Positions 21,384 to 31,035 of a DNA stretch of 64,000 bases are shown here, piece after piece; positions within the stretch are counted from its first letter, which is position 1, and every line of letters starts with the position of its first letter. Position numbers and translations under genes: made by a program. The DNA lies in the NCBI GenBank assembly GCA_963847705.1, contig CAWKBC010000034.1, forward strand, positions 96,001 to 160,000. Reading direction: 5' to 3'. The notes below the pieces were generated by a model. That model did not search any database, was not told where the DNA came from, and was given only the letters and a program-made list of their open reading frames with translations. The DNA is from an uncultured Pseudomonadota bacterium. Lineage in GTDB: Bacteria; Myxococcota_A; Polyangia; Fen-1088.

Positions 21384-22847
21384 TCAAGGCCCGAGCGTGA
21401 CCGAGCCGGCGTCGAGCGCGATCTCGTAGAACCCATGGTCGTTCCAGGGCAACGCCTGCCCGCCCTGGGTGAGCGTGCCGCCGGCGACGGTCACGCGCAG
21501 GTACTTGCCGGGAGCGAAGTGGCTCGGCTTCGTCCAGGTCCAGGTCTTGCTGGTGCCGGACGTCGTCGTCGTCGCCGCCGAGAAGGCCTTCTGCCCGAGC
21601 CAGTAGGCCGCCACGTCGACGACCTTCCCGATCCACATGTTGCCGAGCCCCTTGGCGTGCGTGATCCCGGCGGTGTAGTCGGAGAGGTTCACGGGCTGGT
21701 ATTCGCCGTCGTCATTGCTGGAGCCGATGAAGCCGTGGACCAGGATGATGCGCCACCCGCCCGCGCTCTGCGCGGTGTCCACCTCCGAGTTGAAGTCGCT
21801 CGCCGGGGCGCCCATCGGCGGGATGTAGCAAGGGAGCGTGAACCGGTCGGTGTTGTCGTTGGGCATCACGATGGCGTCGGACACCCCGCGGTTGGTCATG
21901 AAGAGGCCGCTGGCATAGCCCGTGGGGCCCGCGTAGTCCGAAGCGCCGTTCGGGGCGGCCATCGTGTAGGGCGTGACGCCGTACTTCTGCATGATGAACG
22001 TCGTGTCCTGGGTGATGTCCGAGGCGCCTCCGGGCGGCGTGCTCTGGTGGCTCCAGGTGTGGTTGCCGATCTCGTGCCCGTCCTTGACGGCTTGCGTCCA
22101 CACGGCGTTCGACGCCTCGGTCCTGTTGCCCCACATGTAGAAGGTGTACGGGATGCCCTGCGCTTGCAGGGTGCTGTAGTCCGCGATCTGCGAGTCGTTG
22201 TCGTCGTCCAGGCTGTACGAGACGGCGCCCTTGAACCCGGCCCAGTTCAGGACGGTGATGTTGCCCGGCGTTCCCGAGGGCTTCGCCATGCCGCCCGCGC
22301 CGGGAGGCAGTGGCAGCCCGGACGCCGGAGGGGCGGAGGTGCCGCCGGTCCCCGTCGTGCCACCCGTGCTCGCTGTGCCACCGGTGCCGGTCGTGCCGCC
22401 CGTGGTTGTCGTGCCGCCGGTGCCCGGTTTGCCCGCGGCGCCGCCGGTCCCCGTCGCGCCACCCGTGCTCGTCGTGCCGCCGGTCCCGGTCGTGCCGCCC
22501 GTTCCGACCGTGCCGCCGGTCCCCTTGGTGCCGCCCGTACCGCCGGTCCCCGTGGTGCCACCGGTTGCGACCGCGCCGCCGGTGCCGATCGTGCCGCCGG
22601 TGCCCTTCGTGCCACCGGTGCTCGTCGTCTGGCCGCCGGTGCCGGTCGTGCCGCCCGTGCTCGTCGTCTGGCCGCCGGTGCCGGTCGTGCCGCCGGTGCC
22701 GGTCGTCCCCCCCGAGCCGCTTCCGCCGGTGCCGCCCGTATCCACGGTGCCGGGATCCGCGCAGGCGAGCGCGCCGCACAGGAGCGCGGTCAGAACGGTG
22801 AAACGCGCAGACTTTGCCAAACGTGGTCGGGGCATGCTGGGGGGCAT
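21384..22847 (-). CDS. Polysaccharide deacetylase (NodB/CE4-like) lipoprotein with long TGG-repeat linker
   Basis: Lipobox ALAC, about 20 TGGxxG repeats, VSYSLDD and HEIGNHTWSH motifs; start 22847 or 22835. Confidence 0.82.
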   Translation of the reverse strand: MPPSMPRPRLAKSARFTVLTALLCGALACADPGTVDTGGTGGSGSGGTTGTGGTTGTGGQTTSTGGTTGTGGQTTSTGGTKGTGGTIGTGGAVATGGTTGTGGTGGTKGTGGTVGTGGTTGTGGTTSTGGATGTGGAAGKPGTGGTTTTGGTTGTGGTASTGGTTGTGGTSAPPASGLPLPPGAGGMAKPSGTPGNITVLNWAGFKGAVSYSLDDDNDSQIADYSTLQAQGIPYTFYMWGNRTEASNAVWTQAVKDGHEIGNHTWSHQSTPPGGASDITQDTTFIMQKYGVTPYTMAAPNGASDYAGPTGYASGLFMTNRGVSDAIVMPNDNTDRFTLPCYIPPMGAPASDFNSEVDTAQSAGGWRIILVHGFIGSSNDDGEYQPVNLSDYTAGITHAKGLGNMWIGKVVDVAAYWLGQKAFSAATTTTSGTSKTWTWTKPSHFAPGKYLRVTVAGGTLTQGGQALPWNDHGFYEIALDAGSVTLGP

Positions 22848-22993
22848 GGTGACAGGCTCACACGGAGCGACGCCTGCGTCTTTGCATCCCTGGCGCGCAG
22901 CTCTCATTTGTGGCGCTCCCCGATGGGACCCCATCGGCATCTTGGTCCCCCGAATGAAGCGCGCGGTCAGCCGTCGGTCGCGGCGCCGCCTGC

Positions 22994-24511
22994 TCAACCG
23001 GGCGCGGCGCTGCGCGTCGGCCCGGGGCGCAGCACGTAGAGATCGCGCGGGCGGCGCGCCGTGTCGGGCTTGGGAGGCGGCGGCAGCCGCATCTGGTAGC
23101 GCACCGGTCGCCGGTGGTCGGCGATCTGCCGTTGCGGGTTGAACACGCTGTTGAACCGCCAGAGCATGCGCACGAAGTTCGTCTGTCCGCGGGCGAGCAG
23201 CTTGGCGGCCAGCACCGCCGTGTCCTTGAGCGCCGACAGCCCCAGGTGCTTCATGTTCAGCACCTGCTGCGTCTTGACCAGCTCGGCGTAGAAGCGTTCG
23301 AGCGGCAGCCGCGTCGGCATGACCGCGTGCTGGATGTCGAACAGCCGGTAGTCGCGCGTCGCCAGCAGGTGTCCCTGCTCGAGAAACGTCTCGGTGCCCG
23401 GATAGGGCGTGTTGACGCTGATGTTCACGATCTCGGGGATCGACAGCGCCCACTCGCGGATGACCCGGAAGCGATTTTCGTCCCAGTCGGTGTCGGCGAT
23501 GATGTTGATCGCCACCGTGACGCCGAGCGAGCGCGCCAGCTCCAGGGCCTCGAAGTTCTCCGACAGCTTGACCCGCTTGCGGTGCGCCTTCAGCCCCTCC
23601 TCGTCGACCGCCTCGACGCCCAGGAACATGTACTCGAGCCCGAGCCGCTTCCAGTACCGGAACACCTCCTGGTTGCGCACCAGCACGTCCCCGCGCGTCT
23701 CCAGGTAGTACTTCTTGCGGATCTTGCGCCGCTCGATCTCGCGCCCGATGGCGTACCCGTGCTCCTCGTGAATGAAGGCCACGTCGTCGACGATGAACAC
23801 GCCGGGCTCGGCGATCCGTTCCAGCTCGGCCCCGATGCGCTCGGGATCGCGCTGCCGGTGGCTGCGGCCGTAGAACGTCCAGGCGCTGCAGAACGAGCAG
23901 TCCCAGGGACAGCCGCGCGAGAACTCGATCGACGCCGCCGGGTCGAGCACGCCGATGAAATACTTCCGCCGTTGCGGCAGCAGATCGCGCGCCGGCATCA
24001 GCGTGTTCAGATCCTTCACCATCTGGGGCGGCGGCCCCTCGCCGGCCACGGTCAGAAGGCCAGGGAGCGCGATCAGCGCGGCAGGATCGCGCCCCGCCTC
24101 CAGCACGCGCGGGAAGATCTCCTCGCCCTCTCCGCGGATGACGCAATCGATCGCCCCTTCGGCGTGCGCCAGGATCTCCGCCGCCGTGAACGAGGCGCTG
24201 TGCCCGCCCACCACGAAAAGCACCTCGGGCAGCCGCCGGCGCGTCTCCTTGGCGAGATCGATCACCTCCGGAATGTTCGCCAGATAGTTGACCCCGAACG
24301 CCACCGCGTCGGGGGCCCAGTCCTTGAGCGTCCTGAAGTAGTCGGCGTGCGAGAAGACCTGCAGGTCCAGGATGCGAACCTGGTGCCCGGCCTGCCGGGC
24401 CGCGGCTGCCACCAGCTCCACCCCCAGCGGCTCGAGCCGGAGATAGATCTCCGTGTACATGAGCCCGGTCGGGTGACAACAAAGAACCTTCAGGGACCGC
24501 TTCGAGCGCAC
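22994..24511 (-). CDS. hpnR: Hopanoid C-3 methylase, B12-binding radical SAM
   Basis: N-terminal KVLCCHPTGLMYTEIYLRLEPLG, CPWDCSFC, LFDIQHAV, GQTNF: HpnR-family features recalled from known members. Confidence 0.85.
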   Translation of the reverse strand: MRSKRSLKVLCCHPTGLMYTEIYLRLEPLGVELVAAAARQAGHQVRILDLQVFSHADYFRTLKDWAPDAVAFGVNYLANIPEVIDLAKETRRRLPEVLFVVGGHSASFTAAEILAHAEGAIDCVIRGEGEEIFPRVLEAGRDPAALIALPGLLTVAGEGPPPQMVKDLNTLMPARDLLPQRRKYFIGVLDPAASIEFSRGCPWDCSFCSAWTFYGRSHRQRDPERIGAELERIAEPGVFIVDDVAFIHEEHGYAIGREIERRKIRKKYYLETRGDVLVRNQEVFRYWKRLGLEYMFLGVEAVDEEGLKAHRKRVKLSENFEALELARSLGVTVAINIIADTDWDENRFRVIREWALSIPEIVNISVNTPYPGTETFLEQGHLLATRDYRLFDIQHAVMPTRLPLERFYAELVKTQQVLNMKHLGLSALKDTAVLAAKLLARGQTNFVRMLWRFNSVFNPQRQIADHRRPVRYQMRLPPPPKPDTARRPRDLYVLRPGPTRSAAPG

Positions 24512-24778
24512 GGGTAGCAGTTAGGTTCTGCCCGAGGCTGCGCAACCCCAGATCGATGATTCTGGGACGTCGCCCGCCCGCGACCTACAGAGAGCTCCTC
24601 AGGGGCGGACGTTCCATCGAGGGACCAGGCCTACTCCGCCCCATGCAGGAAGTTCGATTCTTGGGGTCACCGGCAGCAACGGGCCTCACGGCGGTCGGAC
24701 GGTGCAACTCGTTCTACAGCTGCGACCAGAGCGGCGTCCCGGTGACGGAGTGAGGGGCGCCGCGAAAGATGCGAAGGC

Positions 24779-25978
24779 CTAGGTGCCGGGGCAGTTGTCG
24801 ATGCAGATGGTCACGCCCGCGCAGGCGTAGATGAACTGAAAGCTGGTGTAGGTGCCGTTCTGCAGCTCGTCGCAGGCCGTGCCGTTGAGGACGATGTTGG
24901 CCTTGGTCGCGTCGAAGGACCAACCGTTGGTGGGATCCTGCATGATCTCGACGCGGGCGCCGGTGGGGTCCTGGGCCGACACCGCCACGTTGTCCAGGTT
25001 CGACGGCGCCCCGGCCAGCGAGACCTTGCAGGAGGCCACGATTCCCAGGATGGAGTCGAGGGCGGTCACCAGGCTGGCCGAGTCCGTCACCGCATAGTAC
25101 TGCGTCGCCGCGTTCGCCTGCGGCTCGCCCCCGGCGACCGCCATCGCGTTGAGCGCGTTGGTGGCGCCCACATCGGTCGTCGTCGCGATGCCGACGACGA
25201 AGGTGGGAAAGCCGGCCGTGAACGCGTTGGCCACCGCCATCTCGGCGCCGGTGTCGTCGTTGTTGTTGAGGGTCGCGGCGCCGTTGGGACAGTTCGGCTC
25301 GCCGTCTGTCGCCAGCAGGAGGTATTTCGGGTTGGGGTCGGTGAGCGTCTTCATGTAAGCGACGGCGCTCTTCATGACGGCCGCCGTCGGGGTCCCGGGC
25401 TGGCCGGTGAAGGTGTTGGCGGCGAACGCCCCCGAGATGTCGTTGTAGCCGGACGGCTCGATCATCACGGCGGGATTGGCGCTGACACCGCACGCAGCGG
25501 TCTCGTCCCCCAGCCAGTAGAGCCCCCAGTTGACCGAGGAATCGGTCTGCCCGAGGACGGTGTTGAGCGCGCTGGTCGTCTGGGACCACTTCGACGCCGC
25601 TCCACAGTTCCCGTCTCCCGAGGCGCTGCCGCCCGGGCAGGCCATGTCGTTGGTGTTGTCGGTCATCGAGAGCGAGCGGTCCTGGACGATCAGGATGTCG
25701 GGCGGAAGCGGCATGATGTCGATGTTGGTCTGGCCGCAGCTGGTTCCGCCCGAGCCCGTGAGGCCGACGTCGCCGCCGCTGCCGGAAAGGTCGCCACCCG
25801 CGCCGCCGCCGCTCGAGAGGCCGACGCCGCCCGCGCCGCTGCCGGTGAGGCCGGCGCCGCCGCTGCCCGTTTCGCTCCCTCCGGCGCCCGTGAGCTGGCC
25901 CGCAGGCCCGGGGCTGAACCCGCAACCGGCTGCCGACGCAGCCAAAACCAAACCTAAGACAATGCCCAGCCGAACCAT
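24779..25978 (-). CDS. vWA-domain lipoprotein (MIDAS intact), paralog 1
   Basis: Lipobox AAGC, Gly-rich linker, DRSLS...GTPT...ATDGEP; GGAGGT RBS. Confidence 0.85.
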   Translation of the reverse strand: MVRLGIVLGLVLAASAAGCGFSPGPAGQLTGAGGSETGSGGAGLTGSGAGGVGLSSGGGAGGDLSGSGGDVGLTGSGGTSCGQTNIDIMPLPPDILIVQDRSLSMTDNTNDMACPGGSASGDGNCGAASKWSQTTSALNTVLGQTDSSVNWGLYWLGDETAACGVSANPAVMIEPSGYNDISGAFAANTFTGQPGTPTAAVMKSAVAYMKTLTDPNPKYLLLATDGEPNCPNGAATLNNNDDTGAEMAVANAFTAGFPTFVVGIATTTDVGATNALNAMAVAGGEPQANAATQYYAVTDSASLVTALDSILGIVASCKVSLAGAPSNLDNVAVSAQDPTGARVEIMQDPTNGWSFDATKANIVLNGTACDELQNGTYTSFQFIYACAGVTICIDNCPGT

Positions 25979-26088
25979 TTCACGACCTCCAATAACGGAA
26001 AAGCACACCGCCCACCACAGATGCACCCATGTAGGCAGTGACGCCTGCAAGGAGTTCAGCTCAAACAATCGACGGGCGGACAGGCGGC

Positions 26089-27018
26089 CTACGGGCGGGT
26101 CTGCGCGAAGGTGTCGCAGTCGGCCGGATCGCCCGAGCGCATCCCGGCGGTGAACCAGTGCTGGCGCGCGGCCGCGGAGCCGTGGGTGAAGGTCTCGGGC
26201 GTGACATAGCCGCGCGTCTGCTTCTGGATCCGGTCGTCGCCGATCGCCGCCGCCGCGTCGAGCGCGTCGGCGATCTCCTGCTCGGCCACCTTCCCGTTGG
26301 CGTAAGCGGCGTGACCCCAGACGCCCGCGTAACAGTCGGCCTGCAGCTCGAGGCGCACCGACAGGGGGCGCCGCTGGCTGGGATTCTGCTCCTGCAGCTC
26401 CCGCACGCGCCGCTCGGTGCCGTCCAGATCCTGGATGTGATGGCCGTACTCGTGCGCCACCACGTAGGCCTGGGCGAAGTCTCCGCCGCGGGCGCCGAAC
26501 CGCTGCGTCAGCTCGCGAAAGAAGCCGAGGTCGAGATAGACGCGCTTGTCGAGCGGACAGTAGAACGGGCCAGTGTCGGCGCTGGCCACGCCGCACCCGC
26601 TCCGGGTCGCCTCGGTGAACAGCACCAGCTTGGCCGGCTCATAGCTCGGCGCGCCGCCCGAGGCCGACAGCTTGTGCCGCCAGAACGACTGCACGTTGCT
26701 CTCGACGCAGACGATGAACTTGGCGGGATCAGTCCGCGCGTCGACGCCGCGGCAGCTCCCCGAAAGGTTGGAGGGCTGGTCTGCGACGCCCGGCTCGGTT
26801 TGCGCGCCGGGATCCTGCTGCGCTTGTTCGATCGCGCGCGTCAGCTGCCCCGCCGTGGGGCTCCCGTTGTCGGCCATGACCCGCAGCACGAGATAGATGA
26901 CGCCGCCGACGAGGCCGAGGCCGCCCACGCCGGCGCCGGCCCGCCCGCCCGGAAAGCGCGAGCTGCGACGGTCTTCGACTTCCGACGGATCCGCCCTGTC
27001 CGAGTCGTCGAATTTCAC
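26089..27018 (-). CDS. Neutral zinc metallopeptidase (YpfJ family)
   Basis: VEDRR N-terminus, GPFYCP, AHEYGHHIQ, ELQADCYAG, FTHGS. Confidence 0.92.
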   Translation of the reverse strand: MKFDDSDRADPSEVEDRRSSRFPGGRAGAGVGGLGLVGGVIYLVLRVMADNGSPTAGQLTRAIEQAQQDPGAQTEPGVADQPSNLSGSCRGVDARTDPAKFIVCVESNVQSFWRHKLSASGGAPSYEPAKLVLFTEATRSGCGVASADTGPFYCPLDKRVYLDLGFFRELTQRFGARGGDFAQAYVVAHEYGHHIQDLDGTERRVRELQEQNPSQRRPLSVRLELQADCYAGVWGHAAYANGKVAEQEIADALDAAAAIGDDRIQKQTRGYVTPETFTHGSAAARQHWFTAGMRSGDPADCDTFAQTRP

Positions 27019-27092
27019 CGCCTCAGCATGTGCCGCCGGGCGGCAGACCGCCACGTGTCGGGGGATGAAAATACGCGACGACCACTTGCCCC

Positions 27093-27294
27093 GGGGCAGT
27101 CGGTCGGCGGCGAGGCGCTGGCAAGTCTTGGTAAGCTCGCCGCCGGTGTCGGAGTCCGGGCTTCAGCGTTCGCGTTTGCGCCGGTCATGACGGCGAGCGG
27201 GGACCGCTCGGCGGGCGCGAACGGGAGATCGGCGAGGCCACCGGCGCGCTGGAGGGGCCGCCGGCGGACGCGGCCGGCTGCCCCCGCCTTTTTT
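27093..27294 (+). ncRNA. Putative structured ncRNA with 6S-RNA-like rod architecture
   Basis: Manual pairing: 27093-27106/27271-27284, 27116-27122/27260-27266, a central bubble, 27141-27148/27239-27246, 27167-27179/27211-27223, two apical hairpins and a U-tract at 27289-27294. The non-Watson-Crick pairs are G-U on this strand. Confidence 0.62.
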
Positions 27295-27305
27295 GCGTGT
27301 CTCGC

Positions 27306-27863
27306 TCAAAGCCCCATGGGCACGCTCTCGGCGGGGGTCACTCGTTGTAACCGGCGCTCGAGAGTCTCCAGTCGCGCGCGCAGCGCTGGCTCCACTTCGG
27401 CCCGGATCACCACCGCGGGCCGGGACGACTCGAACATCGTGACCATGGCGTCACAGGTCTCGTCATTGGCGATCAAGACCAGCGCAGAGCTGTCGCGGGG
27501 CAAGGCCTTCTTGACGTCGTCCAGGTGAAACAGCCGTTGCTCGGCCTCGCTCCCCAACGACTTGTTCGCCGTCTCCCCCTCGGCCGCCGCGAACATCGCG
27601 CCGAAGGGGCCGGCCAGGGCCGAGACGTAGTAACCGGTCAGCCCACCGAGCTCCGAGGCGGCCTCGGCGAGCTCCCCCTCGTGAAACGTCGCCGCCTCCC
27701 CGTCGGGGAACGTGACCCCCACCCTCACGCGTCCCAGGCGCGGCCGCGCGATCGCTCCGACCTCGAGCAGCCAGCGATTCTTCTCGCCTTCCAGCTCGAG
27801 CACCTCGGCGTAAGCGTCATCGGCGGCCTGACTTCCCTTGAACCCAAGAATGCAGATCTCCAT
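27306..27863 (-). CDS. DUF1269-like hypothetical protein
   Basis: GGAGG RBS; Gly/Ala central segment and VKKALPRDSSALVL motif. Confidence 0.65.
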   Translation of the reverse strand: MEICILGFKGSQAADDAYAEVLELEGEKNRWLLEVGAIARPRLGRVRVGVTFPDGEAATFHEGELAEAASELGGLTGYYVSALAGPFGAMFAAAEGETANKSLGSEAEQRLFHLDDVKKALPRDSSALVLIANDETCDAMVTMFESSRPAVVIRAEVEPALRARLETLERRLQRVTPAESVPMGL

Positions 27864-27908
27864 GGAGCCTCCTCCGTGCTTGCGCCGGCAATTCCTACCC
27901 GCCTGTCG

Positions 27909-28340
27909 TCAACGGGGCTGCGCCGCGGCGGACACGGCCGATTCAGCCTCCAGCCGCGCCGCCACCGCCTCGTAGACAGCCTGTTCCGCCTCCTCGAAGT
28001 CGTCCACGACCGCGCTCACCATGTCGAGCGCATAGTCCTTGGCACGTTCAGCGCGCACCTCGAGCTTGTCGAGCTCGCGCCGCTCCTTCCAGGAAGCGAT
28101 CGCCTCTCGCGTGTGCGCCACCTTCTCCGATTGCCAGCGCGCGATGTCGAACCGGCGTTGCCGCGCGCGCTCCTTCTGCTCAGCGATCCGGGCCCGGATG
28201 TCGTTCCGGTGCTCCTCAAGCGCGGCCATGTCCTCCTCGTGGATGCTCGACAGGTCACTCTTGAGCGCCTCGAGCTTCGCGCGCGCCGCATCGATCTGCT
28301 GCGAGATCTCCTGCTTCAGATTGGCTGTTTCAGGTGCCAT
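27909..28340 (-). CDS. Coiled-coil hypothetical protein
   Basis: GGAGGAG RBS; charged helical protein with RAERAKDYA...EAEQAVYEAVAAR. Confidence 0.75.
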   Translation of the reverse strand: MAPETANLKQEISQQIDAARAKLEALKSDLSSIHEEDMAALEEHRNDIRARIAEQKERARQRRFDIARWQSEKVAHTREAIASWKERRELDKLEVRAERAKDYALDMVSAVVDDFEEAEQAVYEAVAARLEAESAVSAAAQPR

Positions 28341-28488
28341 GTGGAGTCTCCTCCCTCTGTCTGACTTCGAAGATGGGACTCTCCGGAACGGTGGGCAACC
28401 CGTCGCCGATCGGACCCGACCGACGAGCTCGTCGATCACGGCGAGACCTCGTGCAGGCCTCGGCGGCGTGGTAGACGCACAGCTCTGA

Positions 28489-29616
28489 ATGCGGCCACGC
28501 GTCCTGACGCTGTTTCCGAGCGCCGTTGGTGGCGGCGCCGAACGGCTGGTGTTCGAACAGATGCGGTTCCACGACGGCGGCCGCTACGACTACGCCGCGA
28601 TCGCGCTGCGCAAGGGGAAGCTTCATCCGCAGTTCGCCGCGTTTCCCTGCTACTCCACCACGAACGCGGGTCTCAAGCTCAGCCCGTTGGTGCTTCACAA
28701 GCTCCACCGCATCATTCAGTCGCGGGGGATCGACCTGCTTCACACCCACCTGCAGGAGGCCGACTTCTACGGATTTTGGTTGAAGAAGCTCAACCCGCGG
28801 CTTCACTGGATCTCGACCCGGCACAACACCGACGCCTTCCGCACGAGGGCGTTCTGGCGCGCGGTCAATGCGTCGATGTCGCACCGCACGGAGCGGGTGA
28901 TCGCGGTGTCGGACGCCGTGCGGGACTTCGTGGCGTCGTACGAGCGCATTCCGCTGGAGAAGCTGGTGGTGGTTCGCAACGGCATCGATCTGAGCCGGTT
29001 CGCCGATCGTCCGCCGCGCGCGGAGGCGCGGGCGTCCTTGAATCTGCCGGCGGGTGACTTCGTCGTCGGGATCGTTGGCCGGCTCTCCCCGCAAAAGGGG
29101 CACCACTTCCTGTTCGAGGCCGCGGCCAGATTGATTGCCGAGATCCCCAACCTTCGTCTGCTGGTCGTCGGCGAAGGTCAGCTGAAGGGGCGCCTGCAAC
29201 GTCTGGCGCGCGCCCTGGGGATCACGGAGAGGGTCTCCTTCGTCGGCTTTCGCCCCGACATGGGGAGCCTCTATGCGACCATGGATCTGCTGGCCATGCC
29301 GTCGCTGTTCGAGGGGCTGCCGCTGGTGCTGGTCGAGGCCCTCGTCTGCGAGAGGGTGGCCGTCGGCGCGCGCGCCCCCGGCATCACCGACGTGCTCGAG
29401 GATGGCAAGAACGGCCTCCTGGTGAAGGTCGGCGACGTCGAGGCGCTGGCGGCAGCCATCGCGCGCGTCTTCCGGGGCGAGTACGATCGCGACATGCCGA
29501 GACGGGCCCGCGAGGCGGCCATGGCCGAGTACGACATCAAGACCTACCTCGCGCGGTTGGAGGCGATCTATCTCGAGCAGTGTCGCCGGGGTACTCTGCC
29601 TTCCACCAGCGCATGA
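28489..29616 (+). CDS. GT4 glycosyltransferase
   Basis: [34 protein letters not shown]. Confidence 0.92.
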   Translation: MRPRVLTLFPSAVGGGAERLVFEQMRFHDGGRYDYAAIALRKGKLHPQFAAFPCYSTTNAGLKLSPLVLHKLHRIIQSRGIDLLHTHLQEADFYGFWLKKLNPRLHWISTRHNTDAFRTRAFWRAVNASMSHRTERVIAVSDAVRDFVASYERIPLEKLVVVRNGIDLSRFADRPPRAEARASLNLPAGDFVVGIVGRLSPQKGHHFLFEAAARLIAEIPNLRLLVVGEGQLKGRLQRLARALGITERVSFVGFRPDMGSLYATMDLLAMPSLFEGLPLVLVEALVCERVAVGARAPGITDVLEDGKNGLLVKVGDVEALAAAIARVFRGEYDRDMPRRAREAAMAEYDIKTYLARLEAIYLEQCRRGTLPSTSA

Positions 29617-30551
29617 AGATCAGGCAGATCTTGCACGGTTTGGCGACGCTCATTCCTGGCGTCGTCCCGATCTTCGGTCGCGGCGGGGGCGGCACCAAAT
29701 CGGCCCGCTATTGCTATTCGGTCTGGCTGCGCCACCTGGTGGCGACGTTCGAGAGCGGTCTTTGGAACAACCCCCAATCGGTGGCCGAGCTCGGCCCGGG
29801 CGACTCGCTGGGCGTGGGGCTGGCCGCGCTCGTTTCGGGCGTCGAGACGTACGACGCCTTCGACGTGGTCAAGCACGCGCAGGTCAAACGGAACGAAGCG
29901 ACGCTCGACGAGATCATCGTGCTCTTTCGCCAGCGGGCGGGGATCCCCGGCGAGGAGGAGCTCCCCGAGGTGAAGCCCCGGCTGGCCAGCTACGCCTTCC
30001 CCGGTCACATCCTGACGGAGGTGCACCTCGCCGCCGCCCTCGACCAGGCGCGCCTCGACCGGATTCGCGAGTCGGTCAGACACCCCAACGTCCCCGGCTC
30101 GATGATCGCCTACCGCACCTGCTACTTCGACGAGAGCGCCATCGAGCGCGACTCGATCGATCTGCTGTTCTCGCAGGCGGTGCTCGAGCACGTGGACGAC
30201 TTGCTCGGCGCCTACCGTGCCATGCGCCTCTGGCTCAAACCGGGCGGCGTGATCTCGCACGAGATCGATTTCCGCTGTCACAAGACCGCGCACGACTGGA
30301 ACGGCCACTGGGGTTACTCCGACCGGATCTGGGCGCTGATTCGCGGAAAACGCTCCTACCTCCTCAATCGCGAGCCCTGCTCCCGTCACCTGCAGCTGAT
30401 GGCGGACAATGGGTTCGAGGTCGCCGGCTCTGACAGGGAGAAGATCGCGTCATGCCTGGCGAAGGCCGCCCTGGCGCCGCGCTTTCGACAGCTCAGCGAA
30501 GATGACCTGACCACCTGCACGGCGCACCTCCTGGGCGTCAAGCGCAGCTAG
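29613..30551 (+). CDS. Class I SAM-dependent methyltransferase
   Basis: AELGPGD, SQAVLEHV, LKPGG; ATGA overlap with the GT4 gene. Confidence 0.85.
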   Translation: MKIRQILHGLATLIPGVVPIFGRGGGGTKSARYCYSVWLRHLVATFESGLWNNPQSVAELGPGDSLGVGLAALVSGVETYDAFDVVKHAQVKRNEATLDEIIVLFRQRAGIPGEEELPEVKPRLASYAFPGHILTEVHLAAALDQARLDRIRESVRHPNVPGSMIAYRTCYFDESAIERDSIDLLFSQAVLEHVDDLLGAYRAMRLWLKPGGVISHEIDFRCHKTAHDWNGHWGYSDRIWALIRGKRSYLLNREPCSRHLQLMADNGFEVAGSDREKIASCLAKAALAPRFRQLSEDDLTTCTAHLLGVKRS

Positions 30552-30588
30552 GAGGCGTTGCCTCGCCGGTGAGGCTGCTTGGGCTCCT

Positions 30589-31035
30589 TCAACGGCTTTG
30601 GCGCGCCTGAAATCGCTCGGACAGAACTCCGACGAGCTGACTCCAACCCTCCTCGTGAAGCCGGCCGAAGTCGTCGTCCGGGAGGTTGGCGTGGCGCAGT
30701 TGCAGGAGTGTGTTGTCCCCCTTCTTCTGGAGCTCGACCGTCACGATCGATTCGAGCCCGCGGGTGAAGGTCGACATCCAGCTGTATTGAATCTTGACGC
30801 CACGTTCGAGGCTGGTGAATCGCCCGAAATGCGCCCAGTTCTCTCCCGCCTTGCTGATCTTGTTGAAATAGAACATCCCGTCGACCTTGGGTTTGGGGTC
30901 GAAGATCAGCTTGCTGGAGTTGTGCCAGGGCGTGCCCGGGTTTTCGGTGTCGAGCCAGGCGTCGTAGACCTCGGCAGGCGAGGCCGGGATGGTGCGGTTG
31001 AGGGTGATGTCCATGGTCTTGGTCTTCGCGGTCAT
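30589..31035 (-). CDS. SRPBCC/AHSA1 domain protein
   Basis: RTIPASPAEVYDAW, TLLQLRH, HEEGW; ATGA overlap with ArsR. Confidence 0.88.
   Translation of the reverse strand: MTAKTKTMDITLNRTIPASPAEVYDAWLDTENPGTPWHNSSKLIFDPKPKVDGMFYFNKISKAGENWAHFGRFTSLERGVKIQYSWMSTFTRGLESIVTVELQKKGDNTLLQLRHANLPDDDFGRLHEEGWSQLVGVLSERFQARQSR

Noticed and set aside
24512-24778. Possible cobalamin riboswitch upstream of B12-dependent hpnR
   Set aside because: Some GC hairpins are present, but no B12-box or GCCACTG/GGGAAG elements on the minus strand.
27093-27284. MITE or retron msr-msd interpretation of the rod
   Set aside because: No target-site duplication, consistent G-U strand bias, and no reverse transcriptase or transposase in the window. 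Not formally excluded without a genome-wide copy search.
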